Positions 22,814 through 35,562 of a DNA stretch of 64,000 nucleotides are shown in pieces. Every line of letters begins with the position of its first letter. The first letter of the stretch is position 1. The notes under the pieces are model-generated. The model did not search any database, was not told where the DNA came from, and saw nothing but the letters and a program-made list of their open reading frames with translations. The position numbers were made by a program, and so were the translations under genes. Source of the stretch: Podarcis liolepis (lineage: Eukaryota); NCBI GenBank assembly GCA_965112155.1, contig OZ218101.1. One strand, 5' to 3'.

Positions 22814-25800
22814 TTTTTACTTCTCCTTATTGATCTATAAAGCTTCTTTAGTTGAAAATATTGAAGCCACTGTAGAGAGTTCCTCCTTAATTTTCCAGTT
22901 GACTTCTCTTATTTTTATTTATAAAAGTATTAATATCCTGCATTTCCATTTACAAGAACATGTGGCAGTTAACAACACAAATGTTAAAAGAAAGTATAGC
23001 ATTAATACATACCACATATATCAATAATCTATTACTTGTGAAGGTGACACCATTTACTTTTAGGTTTATCCTTGGCAGTGCTTTCCATAGTTCAAAGATG
23101 GCTGTCATTAAATTTGTAAATATCTCATCCTGGAAACTAAAACAATGGCAAGTTTCCTCACCTCTTTCATTCCAATTCCATATGTTTCTGCCTTGAGATT
23201 CCAGATAATATAGATCTGGGTGTAATGATGAACTGAGTGGACAACCAAAGCATCAGTAAAACAGTACTGATAACATAAATTTTCTCTGGCTTCTTTTGAC
23301 ATTCTATTGTTATCATAAGGATATGGTCCTATCTTGGTTGGATTAGTGATGGCACTAGCCCAGAGACATCATTGTGAAGGCAGGAGGTGGGACAGGCTAT
23401 GTTGACATCAGACTTACTTACACATATAAGTGGTGCCTCAGGTAATGTGCACATTATATAGAGGACAGATCCTGTAGAAAGTGTGCATATATTTAAGTTG
23501 AGTCTTGTACACTTTGTAGATGCTCACATAAAGTAGCTAAAATGCATCTTCGCAGGGAATGTATAAAATGATGTTGATTTTTGGTAGTAAATCAACAGCT
23601 TTCCATGCCATGGCATTCCACTCATGAATTGTTTCTCATAAGAAGTGTGCATTTCTAAAATGCCACCATTGGAATAGATGTTTTGAGTTTGTTTGTCTGT
23701 CTGTTTTGCCTTCAAGCAATTGCTTTAGTGATCAACTTTGAGACTTCCACTCTGGGAAGACATTCCACTAGTTTACAATAATACTGTGATTGATTTGCAT
23801 ATTAATTCTAGAATAAGAACAAATTGATTTTTTAATGAAGAAAATTGACTGGGGAGTGGGAAATGCTAATGTGTTCTGTATTAATTTAACTGTTGTACCC
23901 ACCCATTCTTTCTAAATGACTACATAATATTCATATAACTTTTAGAAACAAGTGAATAGAGGTTCTTCCAAAAGAGTTTGCTGAATCATCTTGAAGGACT
24001 GCTTATATACACATTTGTAGTATGAGTAGACCTGGGTAGGGATGCCTCCCATATTAGGGTGGACAAGTTGCATGCAGTATGGACCGCAGGGGTCCTGAGA
24101 ATTGGATGCTAAATAATCATGGAGCTTCTAGATAGAAAATTCAAGGCTCCAGCTATGGTTGTCTCAAAGTAAGGCTGCTGGCAGTGCCTCTGTTGTACTT
24201 TGTTAGAGGAAGTAGTCGTAGGATTATTCTGCTACATTTCAGTGCCACTGCTGTACACAGGCAGAAGGCATTCTGGGTACTAACTACCAGCATCACAGGG
24301 CTCTAGTGACACAAGAGGACAATATTTATTCATTTATTACATTTGCACCACACCTTCCATCCATCATAGAATTCAAGGCAGCCTATGTGGACTTCCAGAG
24401 TGGGGTCCTATCCAGGCACTGGGCAGCCTGAATCTACATGGCTGCAGCACAGTGGCTGCATCATGTGCTCTCAGAACAGGAAAAAGGTAGGATGGCACAA
24501 ATTTAAATGTATGTGACTCATGGGGCCAATGTACCTTTCTGTAGCTTTGCTACAGCTGTGCATTGAAACCCTTTCTCCTAAGGGTCTGTGCTGTGCCAGC
24601 GGTGCCATTTCATTCCAAGGGGGTTCTACCTGGTTGTGCAAAGCTTTTATGTCTGGCCTAGTTCCTTGCACTAAACAACTCACCATACAGGCAAGGACTG
24701 AGCTATTCTCAGAGTGCCCAGCTCCTCAGTCCAGCTTACCAGTTGCTTGCTTGACTGGCTTCCTGTCTGACCATGTGGCTCATAGGTACCTGCTTACCTG
24801 TAGATCATAATCAATGCTGACTGTGGCTGTTACCAGTTCAGTTAAATGCACTGCAAAATTTAAGAGAGGAAGAGAGAGATCCGTGAGGTGTGGGGTGTAC
24901 AGAGACCCGGCCTTTGAGGAATTAACATATTCATAACTGACTTTGTAGGCACAGAGCTATCATTCTGTTTGTGTGCAACTTCCTTTGTCAGGAGAGCCAT
25001 CAGTGAAAAACACTTCATTTTCTAATTTCCCCCACCCTTTCCCCTGCATCATTAACACCACGGCACGCCAGGAGAGCTCTGTGTCACAAAACATAAGTTG
25101 GAGGGGATACTGAAGTAGCCTTCTGTTTAAGTTTCAAGTTCATTGGCTTTTTTCCAAGTCCTTGTGAATTTCATTTGTGTTCAGATATGAGATCTGTTCA
25201 CGACATTTCCCTCTCCCTCCCTTCTGCCATCAGTGTTAATTGCTGGGTGTCTGCGATGCGGTGAGGAACTGATACTGTATAAGTGCTCCTATTGCTAACA
25301 CTACTATTTTAAAATAAGATTTCCCCCCTCACTGAGATAAAAAATTAGAAACATTTGTATAGAGTTGTGAAAGTGAAGGTGCCCAGGGCATGCTCATGAA
25401 GGGGCTATCAGGCTGAGAGAACACCATGGTTCTCTTTTTCTTTTCTGGGGTAACTTTTGCTTTTTTAGTGTTAAAGATGGCTGGCTGCTTTGCTTTGACA
25501 AATGTATCAAATAACTAAATAAAACAAAGACTTCACTATAACAACATTGGTCTTTTCAGAGCTCTATAAGATGCTGAGAATAAGCTTTCTTGTTCCAGTA
25601 AATGACAAATGGTTATCATTTTTCAATAAACAAGTTCCAGTTTTGTGTCTCCTGTTTTCTGATATCTAGTCTCAAGAATCCTCGTTGTGGTTAAGATATT
25701 AATTTGCTGTGGGGACATTCCTATGGCAAGAAGCACTGGGATGAGCAGCTTAGGATGCAGGAGATCTCTGGATCAGTGGGCGCTAAGTCCTCAACCCAGG

Positions 25801-26016
25801 CTCAGCCCAAGATATGTCAGTGTAACTTGCTCATTCTGGCTCAGCAGAGGCTCAGATGGCTGAACCAAGGCAACTGTTAGTTCCCCAACAGGGCATTCCA
25901 GGGATGGGACCAGATGGCGGGAACCTTAAACTAAGCCTGTTCAGCTTGATCACATGACCAATCAATCTAACGTAGAACACTATTTTAAAGGCTTATTTCC
26001 CTTCTCTCAGGCTTAG

Positions 26017-26274
26017 GCCAGTGTGGTGTAGTGGTTAAGAGCAGTAGACTCGTAATCTGGTGAACCGGGTTCGCTTCCCTGCTCCTCCACATGCAGCTGC
26101 TGGGTGACCTTGGGCTAGTCATACTTCTCTGAAGTCTCTCAGCCCCACTCACCTCACAGAGTGTTTGTTGTGGGGGAGGAAGGGAAAGGAGAATGTTAGC
26201 CGCTTTGAGACTCCTTCGGGTAATGATAAAGCGGGATATCAAATCCAAACTCCTCTTCTTCTTCTTCTTCTTCT
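26017..26274 (+). mobile_element. tRNA-derived SINE (Squam3-like)
   Basis: GCCAGTGTGGTGTAGTGGTTAAGAG head, ending ...ATCAAATCCAAACTC followed by a (CTT)n tail. Confidence 0.85.
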
Positions 26275-26508
26275 AGGTAGAGCAGCACCACACCCCGCTC
26301 CCCCCGTACTGGGTTCGTTCTGGTGTAACCTTCTGCCAGCTTAACTTAAACCCTCTTCCTTTTTGCCAAACCCTCTTCCTTTTTGCCAACTTGTTGTGCA
26401 TTATGTCTATTATTAGGAATAAAGAAGAATCTTAATGTACATTCCAGTTCTTTCGTTGATTGTTTTGCTGATTTCCACTTTTCTTGATGATTGGATGGGA
26501 CCAATTTA

Positions 26509-26749
26509 TAGTCATACCTGGGTTCTCAAACGTAATCTGTTCTGGAAGTCCGTTCAACTTCTGAAATGTTCAAAAACTAAGGCATGGCTTACAATTGGCT
26601 GCAGGAGCTTTCTGCACTCAAGCGGAAGCCCCATTGGACGTTCAGCTGCCAAAAAACGTTCAAAAACTGCAACACTTACTTCTGGGTTTTTGGCGTCCGG
26701 GAGCCAAAATGTACGAGTACCAAGGAGTTTGAGAGCCAAGGTACAACTG
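26509..26749. mobile_element. Older Tc1/mariner-type MITE (different subfamily)
   Basis: TA|TAGTCATACCT ... AGGTACAACTG|TA termini resemble the CAGTGGTACCT TIR family. Confidence 0.6.
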
Positions 26750-27288
26750 TATATGGTAGGGTGTTCCTATTACTTTTTACATTCCCAACACAAAAGTGCC
26801 AGTTATTTTAAACATTAACTATGCTATTAGGAACACTTCTGAAAAGCATCCTTTTGAAACATTTTATCAATATTGTGTAAGTATGAGAGGATGAGTTCAG
26901 AGTTTAGTCTTCCTGTTGCAAACATGTTCTGAGTACTTCTATAGGCCAATCATTTTTATAGATAATTTTAGATGCATTCCTTTAAAATGCTGTAATTCTA
27001 TGTAGAGTTTTGTGCATAGGTATCTTATAGGGACATTTCCTTCTGCATAATTGTGCCCTAGTCTGTGGCCCAGACTGGTATAGTGAATGTTAGATTTTTA
27101 ATATTATGCCAGCTGGGAATGTTATGCATGAGAAAATGCGGAATCTATCTAATGAATAGAGTTTACCTAATGTGTGCCTTTTGCTAAGAAAGAGTTAAGT
27201 GAAGCATTTATACCGTATAAACTTTGCTCTTTTGCATTAAAATGTTTTTATTCATGTTGAAGATTTCTCTTTCACCCATGGCTATTGT

Positions 27289-27660
27289 NNNNNNNNNNNN
27301 NNNNNNNNNNNNNNNNNNNNNNNNNNNNNNNNNNNNNNNNNNNNNNNNNNNNNNNNNNNNNNNNNNNNNNNNNNNNNNNNNNNNNNNNNNNNNNNNNNNN
27401 NNNNNNNNNNNNNNNNNNNNNNNNNNNNNNNNNNNNNNNNNNNNNNNNNNNNNNNNNNNNNNNNNNNNNNNNNNNNNNNNNNNNNNNNNNNNNNNNNNNN
27501 NNNNNNNNNNNNNNNNNNNNNNNNNNNNNNNNNNNNNNNNNNNNNNNNNNNNNNNNNNNNNNNNNNNNNNNNNNNNNNNNNNNNNNNNNNNNNNNNNNNN
27601 NNNNNNNNNNNNNNNNNNNNNNNNNNNNNNNNNNNNNNNNNNNNNNNNNNNNNNNNNNNN
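27289..27660. other. Assembly gap (372 N)
   Basis: Run of N. Confidence 1.
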
Positions 27661-28548
27661 TATTTTAATATTTTTTGTGTATGGCATCAAAAGCCCCTTG
27701 CCATTGTCTAGGCACCTTGTTCTTCACTAGTTTGTAGAGACAGATGAGAGTCTGATGCACTTAGCTGGAGGTCTGAGGACTCTGCTTCAAGACTGTATAC
27801 TGTCAGTGAGAGGGGACAATCACAGCTCCAAGGACCTTCAGCTGAAATTGATCTATAATCCACCATGAAACATAAACAGTTTTCATGCCAGAATACCCTT
27901 TTGTTCCACAGTTTATTGAACAGAGTAAGGCTATGAGATACCGATCGCCAGATAAAACTAAGCAATAAATGATCATTCACCCTATTTGCAAGGTGCATTG
28001 CAGAATGTAATAGTTCAGTGCCTATCTTGTTGAAACCATTCATCTAAGAACAAATGCTTGTTAACTTTTAAAACATAGCACACCCGGTAACAACAAATCA
28101 CCTTTAGCAAGGGCTGTTAGAAGTATCAAAATCAGAATGCGAAAGTGTAATTGGAGTTGTGCCGGGCTGAGAGAGGGGCTCAGTATAGAGAATAAATTTA
28201 TTTTACCTACCATACACTGCATGTTTCTACGTATTGCAGAGGTGGTGAATTAACTGACATGTTAGCCATTTAACCTAGCATGAAGGGCATGCATTAGCTG
28301 GCATATTGTCGGCACATCAAAGATAGGTAATCAATATCTTAATGATTCCCATTGTCTTGAAATCTCAGTGAAAAAACCAAAACGAAAGAAGCCTCAAACC
28401 AAAAAACCAACCAACAGAGAAGTCTGCAGACATCAATCAGGGAAAGTCATGGAGCATATCACTTATTCTACTTATGTTGTATTGTATTTTGACTGTACGT
28501 TTTTAAATTGTATTTTGAATTGTTGTGACCCTTCCTGAGACCTTAGGA

Positions 28549-28717
28549 CAGTGGCGTAGCGTGGGTTGTCAGCACCCGGGGCAAGGCAAGTAATTTGCGC
28601 CCCCTAACCCGTGGATTTGCGCCCCCTAACCTGTGGATTTGCGCCCCCTAACCCTAACCCCCAGATGTTGCGCCCAGTGCGGCCGGGGCCCCCTGCACCC
28701 CCCACGCTACGCCACTG
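28549..28717. mobile_element. Young hAT-type MITE (169 bp)
   Basis: Perfect 17-bp TIR CAGTGGCGTAGCGTGGG, perfect 8-bp TSD CCTTAGGA, internal 22-bp tandem repeat. Confidence 0.92.
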
Positions 28718-28759
28718 CCTTAGGATGAAGGGCAGGTAATATTTTAAAATATTACCGCA

Positions 28760-29124
28760 GGGACGCGGGTGGCGCTGTGGGTTAAACCTCAGCGCCTAGG
28801 ACTTGCCGATCGCATGGTCGGCGGTTCGAATCCCCGCGGCAGGGTGCGCTCCCGTTGCTCGGTCCCAGCACCTGCCAACCTAGCAGTTCGAAAGCACCAC
28901 CGGGTGCAAGTAGATAAATAGGGACCACTTACTAGCGGGAAGGTAAACGGCGTTTCCGTGTGCTGCTCTGGCTCGCCAGAGCAGCTCCGTCACGCTGGCC
29001 ACGTGACCCGAAGTGTCTGCGGACAGCGCTGGCTCCCGGCCTATAGAGTGAGATGAGCGCACAACCCCAGAGTCTGTCAAGACTGGCCCGTACGGGCAGG
29101 GGTACCTTTACCTTTACCTTTTTA
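28760..29124 (+). mobile_element. Sauria SINE, full length (second subfamily)
   Basis: Complete head, body and (ACCTTT)n tail, CpG-rich, flanked by a 47-bp direct repeat. Confidence 0.93.
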
Positions 29125-30774
29125 ACCCTTCCTGAGACCTTAGGATGAAGGGCAGGTAATATTTTAAAATACACCTACTCCTACTAATTTTGTCTTAATG
29201 GCTGCATTTACATGCAACACTAATTACTTGTTTATATGTCCTCCAAAACTCGCACCCTCGCCTTTCTCCTGCACACCTGTGAAAAGATAGGAAGTTCATA
29301 CTTGTATTTGACTAACTGTGGTTTAGTGTGCCATCTGAATCCTAAACTGAGGTTAATTTGAACTCTGCTTAGTGAACAGAAGCCAGCTTCATAACCTATG
29401 ATTTGAAGTTGACTTGTTTCCACCACCATTGCACCAAGCAAAAATGTTTCTTTTTAACCAGGCCTTTGGTTGATTTGATTGACATCCTATGCCCTTTTAA
29501 AATGTAGGGTTTTTTTGCGGGGTTTTTGTGGTGGGAGGGGGAGAGAGGTGTGTGTGTGGGAGCGGAATATTAATCACTTATTGTGCAAGTTTGGATAACA
29601 CTGCAAGCAGTGATTAATCTAAGATGGAAGTGAAAGTTTTCAACCTCCTCCTTAAGGGCTGACTAGGTTTAGGATGAACTATACAAGCTTGTGGGGTGAC
29701 TCGACTTGTTCTTATACAAAACTATGGTTTAACATTACATCCAACCTGGAATGTGATACAGTTGCTGTCATATTCTGCTTCAGAAGTAGAGAGGTGAGCA
29801 AACTGAAGCAAGACATGGGCCCTGCCCATAGGTTAATGTAACTAAGAGTGGGTTTTAATGTCTTTGTATGTCCCTTTGGCTGTGTAAATATTATCATTTA
29901 CTCTGTATCCAGTGCATCACTGCCACTGCTTCTGAAGCCATGTGCACACAACAATAGCCACAATCCAATCCTGTAGCTTCTTAAAAAACACTACTGTTAG
30001 ATGTGTTTCCCCTCAAAACAGTTCCCATTCGAACTGAAAGTGTAAGGTACATTAACTTCACAGTTGAACTGAGGTGTGTACATTTGAGACAGCTGTTGCG
30101 CGTGCACAACATTTCCTATATATTTATTTTCTGTTAACCTTACACAAATTGCCAAAGTGCTTCTGGCCTTTGTTCTCCTTTCTTGTTCCCAGAACCAGCA
30201 ACTCCTGTTACTTGCAAAATGACTTGGAAACTGCCACGTGATCCTCAGAGAGCGAGAGAGACTCAAAGACAACAAGACAACAAGAATTAGGTAGGCTGAG
30301 TCCACTTAACCCCCTACCCTATTTCATCCCTGGATTGCTCACATGTGCACTAAACACAGTCCATGGTAAACAATGAGAGCTGGAAAGGTATGACAATGTA
30401 GCTGTGGATGTCCGGAAACATTATACTGATAATGATTGTTCCCATAGCACCTTTTGTAGTAGTACTACATATCTCATAACCAAAACCAACAGTTGAAAAA
30501 AGAGTAATTTTCCCCAACAGCCTACAAAAATATTAATCTATATGGATTAGAGGAATGTACAGTAGTCAGAAACATGTAGGGTAATGGTTCAGTGAAGCTA
30601 ATGTAATATAAAGTATGAATGTCAGATGGCTTTCTGTAGGAAAGGTATTCCAGAAATAATCTTATACTGGGGGTAGCCAATGTGGTACCCTCCAGATATT
30701 GTTGAACTCCCAGCTCCCTTCAAACCTGGCCAGCATGACCAAATATCAAGCATATTGCAGTTGTGGAAGGAACC

Positions 30775-31021
30775 CCATGGGGCAACTGTAGCAGCAAAAC
30801 CAGATGCCTTCATCTGCCCCAGTTGCAATGAATCAGGCATAGGCAAACTCGGCTCTCCTGATGTTTTGGGACTAAACTCCCATCTTCCCTAGCTAACAGA
30901 ACATGTCTCTTCCATATCGCTCTGTATGCCCACAGAAGGCACTGTAACTCTCCAACGATTTGACTCTGCTCCTGATGGCGCACACTTTCATTGTTTCTCG
31001 AGACAGATGGATGCCAACAAA
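30775..31021 (+). mobile_element. RTE-clade LINE 3' end nested within a decayed hAT MITE and interrupted by a MITE fragment (about 30836-30895)
   Basis: AFICPSCN..[insert]..TCLFHIALYAHRRHCN zinc-finger-like C-terminus, followed by ...GAGACAGATGGATGCCAACAA. Confidence 0.6.
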
Positions 31022-31289
31022 AGTCCAGCAACATCTGGAGAGTATCACACTGGTGAAACCTTCCTTATAAACACTTACCTGGGTACAATAGCCATGGAAA
31101 CTGTAGATAGATTTGATGGGTTAGAAATGTTCTATTTAAGAGAATTGTGTCAAGCAGGTCATTGTGACATTTGTACAGAAGAGCAGAGTTTATGAAGAGG
31201 CACCTGAAAGTCATTGTAATTGCTTAAGAAGAGTTGCTCATTTGCATTAGAAAACAGCATGGACAGCAGAAGTATTGCAAGCGAAGGCT

Positions 31290-31320
31290 AAAAATAAAAT
31301 AAAATAAAATAAAATAAAAT
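31290..31320 (+). repeat. (AAAAT)n microsatellite
   Basis: About six tandem AAAAT units. Confidence 0.95.
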
Positions 31321-32525
31321 TCCAAACTCCTGAACTCTTTTAATTCAATCAGAATTTAATATGCAATTAAAACTAATTATCTCATAATGAATGTAGAGAC
31401 ACATGATTATTGCATCATTTCCATAAGAGACTTGCATATTAACTTGTATAATTTTTGGTTTCACAATGGAGGTGGAGGGTTAGATGATTTTGTCTCCCAA
31501 ATGCCTGCATTTTCTTCATGACCTTGTTTGTGGTGGTGATTGTACGGCTGGGAAGGCATCTCAAATGAATTTAGGCAGCTGCAGTATTAAAAGTAGATTT
31601 CTTTGAACAGAAATACACTTTAAATGTTGCTTTTCTCCATCGGCTTCAATAAGCAAAATCAGAACTTTGTGATGGATAAACCCAGCTGCTCGAAAGTGTA
31701 AAGAGAAGGAAGTGATTTGAAGAACAACCCACAGATAAGCAGATGCAAAAAATAAATACATACTGTACCTCCTTGGTAGCATTGAGAAGAACATTGAGAT
31801 AATATGGAAAAACATGAAAGAAGGTAATACAGATATCAGAATAGCCTCCCACAATCCTTGTGTGGGTAGCCTTTTAGTACTTCTAATGAGAACAGAGATG
31901 TTTTGGAATGCAAAGCAGGAAACATTGCTATCTGAATTTATTGCTGCATCTCATTTAAGATCCTTTCATTTCCTATTGGCAAGGCTTCATTTTAGGAAAC
32001 CTGATTAAAACTAAATAGTCAAAACTCCCCTTGTGCATTATTCGACTGTTTTGTGTATAACGGATTGCATGTTGCCCTATGATCTAGGACCATTCTGTGT
32101 TAACCACCCTCCCCCATCTGTATAAAACTTTTATCTTAATAACACTCCCATTCACTTGCATCTTTGTCTATCAGAATGGTTCGGATGGTCACTTTTTGGA
32201 TATTTGAAGCCAATACTATACATGTGTTTCCATGTGTAAACCATAAGGAACTATAAACATGATACTAACTTCAGGGAAGACTTTTGGTTTGTGTGATGAT
32301 CCTTGAAACCCATGTGTTGATTACCTCACTTACTATGCAGAAATATCTAAGGTGGAATAGTTTGGCAGCTGGGAAACTCTTTTTCAATATTTATTAATGG
32401 TATAACCTTTTAAAGAGTAATACTTTATTATTTATGGCTTTAGTATAGCTTTAATATGGGCCTCTTCAGGCTTGATGCTTAGTTATGCAGGTCTGCCATG
32501 TTTGACAAAGCATATTGTAAACCTA

Positions 32526-32691
32526 AAGGTAAAGGTATCCCGGACCATTAGGTCCAGTCGCGGACAACTCTGGGGTTGCGTCACTCATCTCGCTTTATTG
32601 GCCGAGGGAGCTGGTGTACAGCTTCTGGGTCATGTGGCCTGCATGACTAAGCTGCTTCTGGTGAACCAGAGCAGCACACGGAAATGCCGTT
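32526..32691 (-). mobile_element. Sauria SINE, 5'-truncated
   Basis: AAAGGTAAAGG is the reverse-complement tail. Perfect 13-bp TSD TATTGTAAACCTA (32513-32525 / 32692-32704). Confidence 0.9.
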
Positions 32692-32953
32692 TATTGTAAA
32701 CCTAGACAACAGCAAAATAATGATATAGGTCATCCCCTAGAGATATGATTTATTCAGACAAAATAATTATGATCAGCAGTTCAAAACATCCCAATAACTT
32801 GTTGCATATCAGTTGTGATCTGCTCTAGTGATTGACTGAATTGCTATGATGTCATTCTAAGACTGCATACATATGATACCTTTAATTAAAGCACATTTGA
32901 AACAAAGAATTATGGGCATTGTAATTTGCCCCTCACAGAGGTACAGTTCCTAG

Positions 32954-33139
32954 CAGGTGTGCCAACTTGAATGAAATATGGGGGGAGGCAGGTAAGCCCT
33001 GCCCTGCACAATCAGTCACACGACATGGCACCCCCCCCATTTGAATGGCAATATCCATCAACCTCAATGGGGCAGTGCCCTCAAATATTTTATTGGGGGG
33101 GGGTTAAGAGACCTCAGCCCCTAGGTGTTGGCTCCTATG
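32954..33139. mobile_element. hAT-type MITE
   Basis: Imperfect TIRs CAGGTGTGCCAAC / GTTGGCTCCTATG. TSD gttcctag / attcctag. Confidence 0.65.
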
Positions 33140-34661
33140 ATTCCTAGCAACCTTTAACAAACTACAGAATTCTTTGGGCAGGAGGAGAGGATGTGTTTTG
33201 AATTTGCTCTAAAGTTATAGCATGTAACAAATCCCTAGAATGAAATTTCAGTGACATAATTTCAAGTAACAATGTGGTTGTTATGAGAGAAGTGAAGATT
33301 ATTGTGAGGAAGAGAGAATTAGAAAGACTGTGTCGGCAGGCAGAAATGTATAGGAGGAGAAAGGGGAGAACTGTACCCTTGTTGAATGTTGCATGTGAAT
33401 AGTAATGCAAGTGTACAGCTCAACAATTTGTTACAAATGTATACAGGTGCACACTTGTTGAATGTAATGTGTGCACATATCTTAATGCAGGGCATAAATA
33501 CAGTATGTAGAATGAGAAGCAAGGCCATACTTTTAGCTCCCTCCTCCAAGATTACATTTTTTTCTTTCACCAACAGCATATTGCAGCTATGGAGTCTATA
33601 GAGGACAGTTTCTGATGGGTACATCATCTACAATGGGGGAAGGCAAATACAAACCAATTGCCTTAGCTCCCCCCCCCATGAAACGAAAAAGGCAATCCAT
33701 AAACATGTGTGATGATGCCTCATACACTGTCTTCATAATAGGCAAATGAAAGTAGGCAAAGAGCGTATACGTATATTATTCATTTTGATATATAACATTA
33801 TGGAGTAGCTTTAGAATGTGGAACAAGTTTTGTAATAGGGTGAAAATAGGGCGATAACTGTCACCATAATGGGTTGATCTCTTTCTGCTTAATTTTCTTT
33901 TAAGATTCCATTTTGCAACAGAGGAGAGCAGCTCTGTAGTTTGTGTTTCAGGACAAGTGTTTCTATTTCCCCCCCAATTAGATTGTCAACCTTTGATCTT
34001 ATGTCTTATCAAGCCCCTTCCCTTTCTGCTATCCTGGAATGTAATAATTGCTCAGCAGTGCTACAAAGTATTTCAGCTTTAAAGAACACCATGATTTATC
34101 TAAGTATTTGTTTGCTGGAGAGCACTGGGTCTTCAAGTCTGGGTAGGAGGAATCTTATGCTGGATACCTACCCAGCCTGTCACTGAAGACACATTTATCA
34201 CAAGCATAAATTTTCACAAGTTCATTGGAGAAGATGCTTGAATGGAAATACCATGAAGCCTTATCAGCTAAATAACAATGCATATTAGAACACCCATGAC
34301 ATATCTGTAGGCATTAATTTATGTTGGAAGAACTGGAGCTCCACAGAACAGGCAGACTTACTAAACTGACAGATCACCAAGAGGGTTATGGGCTCTAACA
34401 GGAACATGGCTATTAATGTATTAATAGATGGTCTGTAGTTGTTAGGAATGAATGAACGAATCTATCATTTTTGCTCCTCTCAGTTTCTCATTTCTAGTTT
34501 AGTTCACCCAATTTCCACATCAGTTTGCAGTGTTAAAAAAAATGCGTGAAAATTCAAATGCATTTTTATGGGTGTTTTACCTAATGTACACATTTTTGCA
34601 AGCTGTTTTCTTAATACATTAATTTCATTAATAACATTTGTGTGTGTGTACTTTCTATTAA

Positions 34662-35025
34662 GGGACGCGGGTGGCACTGTGGGTAAAACCTCAGTGCCTA
34701 GGACTTGCTGATCATAAGGTCGGCGGTTCGAATCCCCGCAGCGGGGTGAGCTCCCGTCGTTCGGTCCCAGCTCCTGCCCACCTAGCAGTTCAAAAGCACG
34801 TCAAAGTGCAAGTAGATAAATAGGTACCACTTTATAGCAGGAAGGTAAACGGCGTTTCCGTGTGCGGCACTGGTGCTGGCTCACCAGTGCAGCTTCGTCA
34901 CGCTGGCCACGTGACCCGGAAGTGCCTTCGGACGGCGCCGGCTCCCGGCCTCTTGAGTGAGATGAGCGCGCAACCCTAGAGTCGGTCACGACTGGCCCCT
35001 ATGGGCAGGGGTACCTTTACCTTTT
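34662..35025 (+). mobile_element. Sauria SINE, full length (second subfamily)
   Basis: Perfect 13-bp TSD TACTTTCTATTAA (34649-34661 / 35026-35038). Confidence 0.93.
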
Positions 35026-35453
35026 TACTTTCTATTAATAAATACATTTTTCTGTGCATGTCTTTTGGTATCACAAAAACTGGAAAAGTGTGAATTTCAA
35101 TTGATAGCTACATTTCAGTTCACAAGTTTGTTTGCAAAATGCAAATGAGGGAGGTTTGCATGAAAACTGAGAACTGAACAAATCCCCCCCCAATATATAT
35201 ATATGCATCTGTAGTTATCCTAATACTGTAGTAAATCGCTGTACGGTAGTTTCTCATTGGCCACACCCACACATCCACCTGAATTAAGGCAGGAAAAATT
35301 GAAGGGTTGAATTCCTAATAAACAATGTTATATGAACTGTAAGTTATATCTGTGTATAATATACATGTTTGTAGGCTTTCTAAGATTCTCAGATGGAGAC
35401 GCCGTTCTGGTAGAGTAACAGTATGCCAGGAGATACCCGTAGCAAAACTGTGT

Positions 35454-35562
35454 GGGTGATATCTAGTGTTAGTTAAACTCAGAGGAGAGCCAATGGAGTT
35501 AAGTAACAACTTCATTTATTTCAATGAGTCTGCTCTGAATATGTCTTAGTTGGATATCACCC
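35454..35562. mobile_element. Short palindromic repeat (MITE-like)
   Basis: GGGTGATATC ... GATATCACCC ends with imperfectly complementary arms. Related to 59141-59260. Confidence 0.65.

Noticed and set aside
26017-26095. tRNA-like sequence (also at the heads of the Sauria SINEs)
   Set aside because: These are SINE heads with A/B boxes followed by SINE bodies and tails, not tRNA genes.
27208-27730. ORFs spanning poly-X
   Set aside because: Artefacts of the N gap.
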